Positions 30,352 to 38,377 of a stretch of 38,377 bases of DNA are shown here, piece after piece. The stretch spans positions 1-38,377 of the forward strand of contig JBBTXS010000023.1 of the NCBI GenBank assembly GCA_038062115.1, in the 5' to 3' direction. Origin of the DNA: Patescibacteria group bacterium. Lineage in GTDB: Bacteria > Patescibacteriota > Microgenomatia > Levybacterales > UBA12049. Below the pieces are notes generated by a model. It searched no databases, was not told where the DNA came from, and was given only the letters and a program-made list of their open reading frames with translations. How positions within the stretch are numbered: position 1 is the stretch's first letter; each line of letters begins with the position of its first letter. A program made the translations under genes and the position numbers.

Positions 30352-31476
30352 ATGCTTACCTTACATGGTCTTATTGATCCCCATGTTCATTTACGAGATC
30401 CTGGGCAAACGCAGAAAGAGGATTTTTATACTGGAACTGTAGCCGCTTTGGCTGGCGGATATACAACAATTCTGGACATGCCAAATAACAAAGTGCCGAT
30501 AACGACTCTTGCAAGACTTGAAGAAAAAATAGCTATTGCAAAACAAAAAATCGTCTGCGATGTAGGATTTTATTTTGGATCAACAGGGGATAATCTTGGC
30601 GAGTTTGAGAAGGTAAAGAATAAAGTAATGGGTCTTAAGCTGTACCTTAACGAAACTACCGGAAATTTAATAATTGATAAAAAGTTGTTGGAAAAGATAT
30701 TTATTAAATGGTCCCAAAGTATGTCACTACGTAGCGGCATACTTTCGACAAAAAATGTAAAACCGATACTTGTGCACGCCGAAGGAAAAAGAGTAGAGCA
30801 TGTAATAAATGTAGTCAAAAGTATAAAAATACCGACACATTTTTGTCACATAAGCCTTGCTTCTGAACTTAAGATAATCATAAAAGCAAAAGAAGAAAAC
30901 TTACCAGTAACCTGCGGCGTTACCCCTCACCACTTATTTTTAACAGAAAATGACATTAAAACACTTGGTCCTTTTGGCAAAATGAAACCAGCACTTAGAA
31001 CAAAAAAGGATGTAGCGTTTCTTTGGAATAATATTAATTTAATAGATGTTATTGAATCTGATCACGCACCACACACAATAAGAGAAAAAAATGTTCAAAC
31101 CCGGTTTGAACGAGGTAGACAAACCCAGTTTGTATCACCTTTTGGCGTTCCGGGGCTTGAAACAACTTTACCTTTACTTCTCACCGCAGTTTCCCAAAAA
31201 CGACTAACAATTGAGGATGTAATACGACTTTGCTTTGAAAACCCATCGCGCATTTTTTGCTCCAGCAAAAATTGTGATGCCACAATTGAGGTCGATTTAT
31301 ATAAATCATATACTATAGAAAATAAAAATTTATTTACCAAATGTCACTGGTCACCGTTTGACGGATGGAAAGTGAAAGGAAAAGTACAACGAGTTTGGAT
31401 TCGGGGAGTAAAAGTTTTCGATGATGGAAAAGTTTTAATAAAACCAGGATTCGGAAAAGTTCTTACCGAAGCGTAA
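30352..31476 (+). CDS. pyrC: Dihydroorotase
   Basis: LIDPHVHLRDPG, LDMPN, VHAE, CHIS, SDHAPH, GVPGLET. Confidence 0.95.
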   Translation: MLTLHGLIDPHVHLRDPGQTQKEDFYTGTVAALAGGYTTILDMPNNKVPITTLARLEEKIAIAKQKIVCDVGFYFGSTGDNLGEFEKVKNKVMGLKLYLNETTGNLIIDKKLLEKIFIKWSQSMSLRSGILSTKNVKPILVHAEGKRVEHVINVVKSIKIPTHFCHISLASELKIIIKAKEENLPVTCGVTPHHLFLTENDIKTLGPFGKMKPALRTKKDVAFLWNNINLIDVIESDHAPHTIREKNVQTRFERGRQTQFVSPFGVPGLETTLPLLLTAVSQKRLTIEDVIRLCFENPSRIFCSSKNCDATIEVDLYKSYTIENKNLFTKCHWSPFDGWKVKGKVQRVWIRGVKVFDDGKVLIKPGFGKVLTEA

Positions 31477-31520
31477 ATATGTTAACAATACGGGATTGTT
31501 ACAGATATAACACTCCTGTA
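31464..31520 (-). repeat. Family B 57-bp palindrome overlapping the pyrC stop
   Basis: TACCGAAGCGTAAATATGTTAACAATACGGGATTGTTACAGATATAACACTCCTGTA. Confidence 0.9.
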
Positions 31521-31524
31521 AATT

Positions 31525-32457
31525 TCATTTATTTCCACTATGAAACGCCTCATGGACCTCACGTAATTGCTTATTTGTGACGTGGGTGTAGATTTGAGTG
31601 GTAGATATATTCTTGTGTCCCAACATTTCTTGCACGCTTCTAATATCCGCACCGTTTGATAACAAATCTGTTGCGAATGAATGTCTTATAGTATGGACTG
31701 TGGCATCCACTGGCAAACGAGACAAACGAACATACTTTTTAACAATTCTCTCAACGCTTCTTGCCGTTAGCCTCATTTTCTCGCCATTATTTTCCTCAAC
31801 TACTCGTCCAGAATAGCGAATAAACAATGGCTTAAATTTATCTTTTCGCACATTTTGATACTTATTTAACCACATAGAAGCTCTTTCCGAAATAAAAACA
31901 ATTCTAGCTCTTCCTCCTTTTCCAATTACCCCAAACTCACGGCGCTCAAGATTTATGCTTTCCCGATTTAGACTGACTAGTTCCGAAACCCTAAGCCCCG
32001 TAGAAAACAATAGCTCTAAAATTGCCCTGTCTCTTAAACCTTCTTCTTTGGAAATATCTACACAATTTACTAATCTATCAATTTGCTCCTTTTCTAAAAA
32101 TTTTAAAGACCTGCTTTCTGTTTTTGGTAAATCAATCTTTGAAGGTTCTAAGGTTTTATGATCATTTTTTATTAAAAACCTCAAAAAAGATCTAAGCGCT
32201 ATAACATAATAATTTTGAGTAACCCTTTTTAATGTTAAACCTTTAGCATCAACTCTATTTGCCAAATAAACTCTGTATTTTCTTACAATTTGTAAGTCAA
32301 GATCAGAAATTGTTTTGTTAGGAAGGGACGCGGCAAACCATTCTGCAAATACTTTAAGATAATGTCTATAGTCTCGAATAGTAAGTTTTGAACAGTTTTT
32401 TTCTATTTCGAGGTATTCTAAAAATTGATCAATTAAAGCAGGCAAATTAGTATTCAT
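31525..32457 (-). CDS. XerC/XerD-family tyrosine recombinase
   Basis: RDRAILELLFSTGLRVSEL, GKGGRAR, HTIRHSFAT, QEMLGH, TTQIYTHV; ATG 32457. Confidence 0.95.
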   Translation of the reverse strand: MNTNLPALIDQFLEYLEIEKNCSKLTIRDYRHYLKVFAEWFAASLPNKTISDLDLQIVRKYRVYLANRVDAKGLTLKRVTQNYYVIALRSFLRFLIKNDHKTLEPSKIDLPKTESRSLKFLEKEQIDRLVNCVDISKEEGLRDRAILELLFSTGLRVSELVSLNRESINLERREFGVIGKGGRARIVFISERASMWLNKYQNVRKDKFKPLFIRYSGRVVEENNGEKMRLTARSVERIVKKYVRLSRLPVDATVHTIRHSFATDLLSNGADIRSVQEMLGHKNISTTQIYTHVTNKQLREVHEAFHSGNK

Positions 32458-32549
32458 AAAATCTTTTTTGCGATGCAAACGTTGCAAAATGGATAAACTA
32501 AAATATTATAACATATTTATTTTGCGACGCGCTAGCGTTGTAAAATGAC

Positions 32550-32670
32550 ACGAGTTTCGCACATTTGTCATTCCGTGCTTGACACGGAATCCATACAAAT
32601 AATTATTGGTATAGATTCCCGCTTTCGCGGGAATGACATGTAGGTATTCTACTAGAACTGCGAAGCTCGT
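32550..32670. mobile_element. 121-bp MITE with 12-bp TIR enclosing a family A palindrome (32566-32638)
   Basis: ACGAGTTTCGCA...TGCGAAGCTCGT; flanks AAATGAC / AAATGAA. Confidence 0.75.
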
Positions 32671-32704
32671 AAATGAATCAAGATTATGCGATGCAGGAAA
32701 CAAC

Positions 32705-33253
32705 TTAGGCGATTTCCGCAGCTTGTTGCTGCGGGGAGATCGACGTAGGAGTTTTGTAAATTGGACTTACGGAGACTATTAATCTGTATCCTAAACCATG
32801 TACTGAAAGAATAATACTACGCTTTGTGTCTGTATTTGACCCGAGTTTACCTCGCAATTTCTGCACATATTTCTTTACCAAATCATTTTTTGTGCCATCG
32901 CTCACCCCCCATATCCTTTTAACAATAGTCTTTTTACTTACAGTCCTACGTGCGTTTTTAACTAATAAATTAAAAAGTTCATTTTCTGTCCGAGTTAACC
33001 GTACGTTTCTAACGCTTTTATCAAGCTCTACTGAATCAAAACATTGATCCTCAGGATAGTAAACAAATCGACCTTGAGCAATACTATACGCAATTGGCGT
33101 AGGAAGGATATCATTATTTTCTACTGGAGGAGGATCCTCAAAACCCTCTTCTTTTAAACAATCAACATACCCCTTTAGCCTTTCCGCAAAGTTTTTTTGT
33201 TTTGAGCCGCTGGGGGCAATATCGCCTATATATCTAATTGCTTTTTCAAGCAT
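32705..33253 (-). CDS. OmpR/PhoB-type winged-helix protein without a receiver domain
   Basis: VRLTRTENELFNLL..NARRTVSK..I...IWG...LVKKYVQKLRGKL...ILSVHGLGY. Confidence 0.85.
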   Translation of the reverse strand: MLEKAIRYIGDIAPSGSKQKNFAERLKGYVDCLKEEGFEDPPPVENNDILPTPIAYSIAQGRFVYYPEDQCFDSVELDKSVRNVRLTRTENELFNLLVKNARRTVSKKTIVKRIWGVSDGTKNDLVKKYVQKLRGKLGSNTDTKRSIILSVHGLGYRLIVSVSPIYKTPTSISPQQQAAEIA

Positions 33254-33469
33254 ATGTATTTTTATTCGGATGGAGCATACTACATTCTTATTTTTTTCGC
33301 AAGTAGTAATTTATAAATCCTATAGTTAAATTGTGGGGACCAAAATTTATGGTGCATAAAACTGCGATAAAATTGTAGAGAAGCAAGATTAACTTTTTAA
33401 ACAGCAAACAATTTTTGCCAAAAATAAAAATGGTTTTGAAGCACTTCCCTAAAGGGCAGAAAATGAGAT

Positions 33470-33497
33470 ATGTCGCAAAAGTATTATTGTACGACAT
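33470..33497. other. Candidate dif-like Xer site (11-6-11)
   Basis: ATGTCGCAAAA GTATTA TTGTACGACAT; arms 9/11 inverted; about 1 kb from the xer gene. Confidence 0.5.
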
Positions 33498-34068
33498 AAT
33501 CATGCTCTCTTCTTTTCTGCTAGTTTTGTAAAAAATTGCATTATTTGAGAGAGATCTCCTAAACTAGAGAATTAAATGCTTACTTAAATCCCACGGAACA
33601 TAAATATGTCCTTCTCTCTTGTTAACAATAAATCACTAATACTTTTATAATATTCACGTCTTAAAGAGGGACTCTACTCCCTGTGGCTGGGAATATACCT
33701 TAATTTGGATTGATTTATCAATCTAAACTTTATATTTTAGCCTCAATTTTATGTAATTATTCATATGTGGATTTATCGTTCGTATTTTTTTCATTAGAAA
33801 CCGTTTACGAACCGCCATCACGCGGAGAGTGCAAAGCTCGCTCTTTGAGCCGCGCTACGAACAGTAGCTAAGGCGAAAGTAAGAGCTGGCGGAAGCTTTC
33901 GATTAGGCAAGAAGATAAGAGGGTTATCCAACATGAAAAGTTTCCTCAGATCCCGTGAAAATTAAAAGTTATTCACAATTAACATCCTATAATAATTTAC
34001 GCTCCCAAGAAAAAATATATCAAACTATGTCAGGTACTTCTCCACCCCACCCTAATTGACACGCTTTT

Positions 34069-34947
34069 TTATGTTCTCTTAAAGGCAAAAAGTATGAAGA
34101 CCAAGAACACTAATACGCCAACCCATATATACTCCCACATTATACTCTTAAATAATTTTTTTTCGAGCCAAACATGAGAAAGCCCAACGATAATATAGAA
34201 AAATCCAGTTAAAAAAAGAGCAATTACTGTTGGCAATATTGGCCAAAACCACAAGGCAGCAGCGACTTCAACTAGACAAATGCCAAGAGACAATATCCAC
34301 AAAGAGTTGGAAAAGAATTTACTCCCTAAACTGTACGTCCAAAGCGATTGAAGTATAAGAGGAAAAGAAAAAGCGAAAACTAGAATTAATGTGAAAAACA
34401 CGTTTAGATGCATTGAAAACACCACATTTGTAAGAAAAAAATAGGATAAAAGAGTAATTATAAAAGATACCGTGCGGGCTGAGGACAAAAGCGCGATAGT
34501 TCTAATCGAGGAAACAACAAAAATATTTACGCTTAAGAGTAATGAGTAAAACCCAAGAGCGTATAGTGAGGTCATTGTGAGTCGAGTTAAAAAACTAGCT
34601 GGAACTAAAAAATAAAATAATCCAAAAGAAAGACTATAAAAAAATGGAGCAATAAGTATTTGAGGAGAAAAATTATTTTTTAAATCTTTACCCACCGACA
34701 AAAAGAGCAAAATTATTGTAAAAAAAGAAAGAAAAAAAGCAATGTATAACCCAGATTTCCCAAGCATTTGTTCTGCCAAAAATAATAATGAAGACGAGCT
34801 AATAACACTTATTATAAATTTCTGCCTTTTACTAATACCAAAAAAAATCTTTTTAATCAGGCGAAGCCACGTCTGACGTGGCGAATGCCTGAGAAGCCTG
34901 ATTAAAATATGCTTTAAAGATAACCTTCTATTCTTATTGCTGAACAT
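34069..34947 (-). CDS. Multi-pass membrane protein of unknown function
   Basis: Many hydrophobic segments; overlaps the yebC stop; palindrome at 34851-34907 in the N-terminus. Confidence 0.8.
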   Translation of the reverse strand: MFSNKNRRLSLKHILIRLLRHSPRQTWLRLIKKIFFGISKRQKFIISVISSSSLLFLAEQMLGKSGLYIAFFLSFFTIILLFLSVGKDLKNNFSPQILIAPFFYSLSFGLFYFLVPASFLTRLTMTSLYALGFYSLLLSVNIFVVSSIRTIALLSSARTVSFIITLLSYFFLTNVVFSMHLNVFFTLILVFAFSFPLILQSLWTYSLGSKFFSNSLWILSLGICLVEVAAALWFWPILPTVIALFLTGFFYIIVGLSHVWLEKKLFKSIMWEYIWVGVLVFLVFILFAFKRT

Positions 34948-35665
34948 CTAAATTTGAATAAATTTTTTGTACATCATCAAGCTCTTCTAACTTATGCAAA
35001 AAATTGATTGTTTTGTCTAATTTTTCTTTATCAAAAATTGGCATCAGCACAATAGGCTTTCTTATAAGCGTAATCCCTAAAACTTTAAACCCCTTTTCTA
35101 TTAGTTTGTCTTTAACTTTTCCAGCATCTTGGGAATTAGCGTAAACCATAACTTTTTCATCTATATCTTCAATATCTTCTGCTCCAGCCTCAACTACATG
35201 CTCAAATATTTCCTCAATAGTTTTGGAATCTTTACTTACTTCTATGCTTGTTACTTGTCTAAACTGATAAGACACGGCTCCTGGTTGTCCAAAAGTTGCT
35301 CCTTCTTTATTAAAAAAACTTTTAATCTCACTTGTAGTCCTTTTGAGGTTATCTGTTGCCGCCTCAACTATTACACTAACTCCCTCCGCAGAAAATCCTT
35401 CATAAATTACCTCTTCAACTACGTTTTCCCCCTTTCCTGCTGCTCTATTGATTGCTCTTTCTATTGTTTCCTTTGGCATGTTTTCGGATTTAGCGAAATC
35501 TACTGCTAGTCTTAATCTGAAGTTGGAATTTACATTAGTATCCCCCCCACCCTTCTTTACTGCCAGGTATATGGCATTAGAAAGTTTGGTAAATGTTAAT
35601 CCGCGCTTAATGTCCATTGTCCCTTTTTGTCTTTTAATTGTGGCCCATTTAGAATGTCCGCTCAT
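34934..35665 (-). CDS. yebC: YebC/PmpR-family protein
   Basis: MSGHSKWATIKRQK, NMPKETIERAI, YEG, TDNLKRT, LEELDDVQKIYSN. Confidence 0.95.
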   Translation of the reverse strand: MSGHSKWATIKRQKGTMDIKRGLTFTKLSNAIYLAVKKGGGDTNVNSNFRLRLAVDFAKSENMPKETIERAINRAAGKGENVVEEVIYEGFSAEGVSVIVEAATDNLKRTTSEIKSFFNKEGATFGQPGAVSYQFRQVTSIEVSKDSKTIEEIFEHVVEAGAEDIEDIDEKVMVYANSQDAGKVKDKLIEKGFKVLGITLIRKPIVLMPIFDKEKLDKTINFLHKLEELDDVQKIYSNLDVQQ

Positions 35666-35690
35666 AACTAATTTATTATACCCTTCCATA

Positions 35691-35719
35691 TTGACTTTTG
35701 CAATAAAAAGGAGTAAAGT
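35691..35719 (+). promoter_or_regulatory. Sigma70-type promoter of the TPR gene
   Basis: TTGACT, 17 bp, TAAAGT. Confidence 0.5.
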
Positions 35720-35739
35720 GTATGACGTAAATTGTCATA

Positions 35740-36477
35740 ATGACACCATCAAAAAATCAAGCAATCCAAACTGCGCTCCTTGGAGATTGGCAAAATGCAA
35801 CCGCAATAAATAAAGCGCTTCTGAACCATAACCCAAATGATATTGAAGCCTTAAACCGTCTAGCATTCGCACTCACTGTTTTGGGAAAACTAAAAAATGC
35901 AAAATCTATTTACAAAAAAGTCTTAAGAATCGATTCTCTAAACCCTATTGCGTTAAAAAATATAAAACGTTTAACCTCAATTTCGCCTCAAAAGAAAATA
36001 AAAAACTTGGCGTTAACTACAGTTAATCATGCTTTTCTGGAAGAAACTGGTAAAACGAAAGTTGTTGCGCTTGTAAATGTGGCTCAGCCCAAAGTTATTG
36101 CAAGACTTACTGTTGGACAATCCCTAGTTATTTCTATAAAACGCTTAAAAATATTTATCCAAGACAAAGCCTTACAATACATTGGAGTACTACCAGATGA
36201 TATAGGCAAAAGACTTATCAAATTTATAAAAGGTGGAAATGAATACGAGGGATATGTAAAATCAGCAAATGATCACCATGTCATTATATTTATACGAGAA
36301 ATAAAAAGAGCATACAAATTTAAGGATCAACCATCTTTTCCTTATGCCACAGACAAAAGCTTAAATTTTGAAAAAAAGTCTCCTAAAGCAGTCCAAAAAG
36401 AAAATAAAGAAGATGAAAAAGATGAAAAATATTTGTTTGCAGAAAACGAAGTGTCCTTAAAAATTAAGTTTAGCTAA
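35740..36477 (+). CDS. TPR-containing protein
   Basis: NPNDIEALNRLAFA...AKSIYKKVLRIDSLNPIA. Confidence 0.8.
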   Translation: MTPSKNQAIQTALLGDWQNATAINKALLNHNPNDIEALNRLAFALTVLGKLKNAKSIYKKVLRIDSLNPIALKNIKRLTSISPQKKIKNLALTTVNHAFLEETGKTKVVALVNVAQPKVIARLTVGQSLVISIKRLKIFIQDKALQYIGVLPDDIGKRLIKFIKGGNEYEGYVKSANDHHVIIFIREIKRAYKFKDQPSFPYATDKSLNFEKKSPKAVQKENKEDEKDEKYLFAENEVSLKIKFS

Positions 36478-37266
36478 ACTATCTTTTCCAATCACTATAA
36501 CTATATCTGCTATTGCTTTTTTGTCTAATTTATTTAGTTTAAATCCTAGAATTTTACTTATTTTTTCAACTGTATAAGTTTTTTTACCAAAATACGAAAT
36601 TGTGGATATATTTTCATTGCTATCCGATGACGCAATTATAACAACATTTCCTCCCATATTAGTAATAAGTCTACCTAGTCTATTTCCAAGTCCAGTTACG
36701 TTGATCCCGTTGACAATTTTTATGCTAACATTTTCTTTTTCTATAATTTCGTCGCTAAAAAGTGGTGGAATAATTTTATCAAGACTTGAGACATTCTCTG
36801 ATGTAGAAATTTTTTTATCGTAAATATAATTTATTGGAAGTGTCTTTGAAAATAAGTAAAGTCTCAAAATATCTACAATGGTAAGATTGGTTCTTATGCT
36901 CTTGTAATTTAAAATGAACTTGAGCATCAAATCTGACACTTTAAAATCTTTTATAGTTAGAGAGCTCTTCGCTTCCCCATCGATTGGAATTTCCAAAAAT
37001 CTATTTATATTTAAACTTTTTGTGTCTCCTTCTATTTTTAATACCGATATAGATTGCGATTTTGGAGAAAAAGATATAATCTCCAAATCTTTGCCGTTTG
37101 TTACACTAATCGTGAAACGTGTTTTAGTATCGAATCTACTCTTGCTAACAATTAAAACTCCCTTAAAAATTAGAGATATCAGAATAACAATAAAAACAAA
37201 AGCAAAAAATTTGATAGCAATTTTGGTGTTATTTAATCCACCATCGAGTTTTTTTTTAGCTCTCAT
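36457..37266 (-). CDS. Membrane-anchored protein with a LytR C-terminal domain
   Basis: N-terminal TM; IKIVNG...GLGNRL, ADIVIVIGKD. Confidence 0.8.
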   Translation of the reverse strand: MRAKKKLDGGLNNTKIAIKFFAFVFIVILISLIFKGVLIVSKSRFDTKTRFTISVTNGKDLEIISFSPKSQSISVLKIEGDTKSLNINRFLEIPIDGEAKSSLTIKDFKVSDLMLKFILNYKSIRTNLTIVDILRLYLFSKTLPINYIYDKKISTSENVSSLDKIIPPLFSDEIIEKENVSIKIVNGINVTGLGNRLGRLITNMGGNVVIIASSDSNENISTISYFGKKTYTVEKISKILGFKLNKLDKKAIADIVIVIGKDSLAKLNF

Positions 37267-37272
37267 AAAGAG

Positions 37273-37413
37273 TTAGTAGCCGGGTTTCTTTTTAGAGATT
37301 ATCTCGGGCATAGAAATGATTGGGCTGCCAAGCCCTACTGAGGAAACATTTTTGATCGGCCCTTTTTTCTTCTTTTTCTTTTCGCCCTTAAAGTATCCAC
37401 CAAAACTTCCCAT
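37273..37413 (-). CDS. Small basic hypothetical protein (46 aa)
   Basis: MGSFGGYFKGEKKKKKKGPIKNVSSVGLGSPIISMPEIISKKKPGY; GAGGAG/GAGGT upstream; fills the gap between co-oriented genes. Confidence 0.55.
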   Translation of the reverse strand: MGSFGGYFKGEKKKKKKGPIKNVSSVGLGSPIISMPEIISKKKPGY

Positions 37414-37458
37414 AACCTCATCTCCTCGCATAATACTACCAAATCCCGAGGAAACAAA

Positions 37459-38298
37459 TCAAGAATGCTGAAGATCTCCCAAAAATTGCCTAAGTTGATT
37501 TGGCAATTCGCTCTCAAAGTAAATCAGCTTACCAGTTTTAGGATGATAAAAAGAAATTTTTGAAGCGTGCAAAAAGATACGGGGTAATATTTTTCTGTCG
37601 TTTCTTGCAGTTTTACGCCCGGCATACAAAGGGTCAGCAAATATAGAGTGATTCAAATATTTAAGATGCACTCTTATCTGATGCGTTCTACCAGTCTCGG
37701 GATAAAGCTCTAATAGCGTCAGGCTTTCATTTTTTATGTCACCTGCTCCTCTGTCATTCTGAGCGAAGCGAAGAATCTCATTAGATCCTTCGTTCTGCAT
37801 AGCAGAACTCAGGATGACACTGCGCAAAACTTTATACCTCGTTACCGCTTCTCTTCCTCCTGCTAGCACCCCAAACCTCTTCCTATTCCACGGAAGCCGT
37901 CCAACCGGAACATTAATTTCTCCTTCTTTAAACTCCACTTTCCCATGCACCAAAGCAATATAGGTTTTTTTTACTCTTCTTTCTTTAAATTGCTTTTGCA
38001 AATTTTCGAAAGATTGCGGATTTTTGGCAACCAAAAGAATTCCCGAAGTCTCCTTATCTAATCTATGAACTATTCCTGCTCTTTTATAAAAATCCGTCTC
38101 CTTCGTGTCATGCTGAACTCGTTTCAGCATCTCGTTTGAACAGGGATCCCGAAACAAGCTCGGGATGACAAGATGAGCCTCCACCCACTCCTGCACCGTC
38201 TTCTCCCCTACTGTTGTATCCGATCGATTAACTACAATTCCCGCTGGCTTATCCAAAACCAAAATCTCACTATCTTCAAAAATTATCCTTGGTTCCAT
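37459..38298 (-). CDS. RluA/RluD-family pseudouridine synthase with two insertions
   Basis: LDKPAG, VHRLDKETSG, TGRTHQIRVH, LHASKI. Confidence 0.95.
   Translation of the reverse strand: MEPRIIFEDSEILVLDKPAGIVVNRSDTTVGEKTVQEWVEAHLVIPSLFRDPCSNEMLKRVQHDTKETDFYKRAGIVHRLDKETSGILLVAKNPQSFENLQKQFKERRVKKTYIALVHGKVEFKEGEINVPVGRLPWNRKRFGVLAGGREAVTRYKVLRSVILSSAMQNEGSNEILRFAQNDRGAGDIKNESLTLLELYPETGRTHQIRVHLKYLNHSIFADPLYAGRKTARNDRKILPRIFLHASKISFYHPKTGKLIYFESELPNQLRQFLGDLQHS
37752..37819. repeat. Family A palindrome, in-frame in the RluA-family gene
   Basis: TGTCATTCTGAG...CTCAGGATGACA; peptide VILSSAMQNEGSNEILRFAQND. Confidence 0.9.
38106..38170. repeat. Family A palindrome, in-frame in the RluA-family gene
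   Basis: TGTCATGCTGAAC...CGGGATGACA; close match to intergenic 17268-17332. Confidence 0.92.
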
Positions 38299-38340
38299 AG
38301 TTGCTATTGTCGATATAATTGGTTATGACTGGGTCACAAT

Positions 38341-38377
38341 TGTCATTTCGAGCTTGCCGAGAAATCTCCTTCAACGA
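38341..38377. repeat. Family A palindrome cut by the window end
   Basis: TGTCATTTCGAGC..GAGAAATCTC. Confidence 0.75.

Noticed and set aside
32506-32703. 65-aa ORF
   Set aside because: Spans a MITE and its palindrome.
31525-33500. Prophage or integron integrase
   Set aside because: No phage genes, attC cassettes or IntI-specific insertion; looks like a chromosomal Xer.
33288-33503. 71-aa ORF
   Set aside because: AT-rich, no motif, overlaps the dif-like dyad.
33760-33980. oriC
   Set aside because: Only one good DnaA box and no dnaA or dnaN nearby.

Overview
AT-rich bacterial chromosome segment; the gene set and scarce Shine-Dalgarno motifs suggest Patescibacteria/CPR (inference only). Genes: a minus-strand type IV pilus cluster (five pilins, one Kelch-fused and cut by the window edge; pilD, pilC, pilT, pilB), a HolB-like protein, a cell-wall cluster (Mur ligase, alpha/beta hydrolase, DegT-FemAB fusion), a REP-associated tyrosine transposase (RAYT), gyrB-hppA-gyrA, folD, pyrB-carA-carB-pyrC, a Xer recombinase with a nearby dif-like site, yebC and an RluA-family synthase. 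The window carries dozens of short palindromic elements from several families. At least 20 sit in-frame in conserved genes, several are nested in each other or in MITE shells, and two supply stop codons. Most striking: an 80-bp element with CCC..GGG ends and a TTTA duplication lies at the prepilin cleavage site of two pilins and rebuilds G|FT, so its peptide should be removed with the leader. All calls were made by eye; no searches were run.
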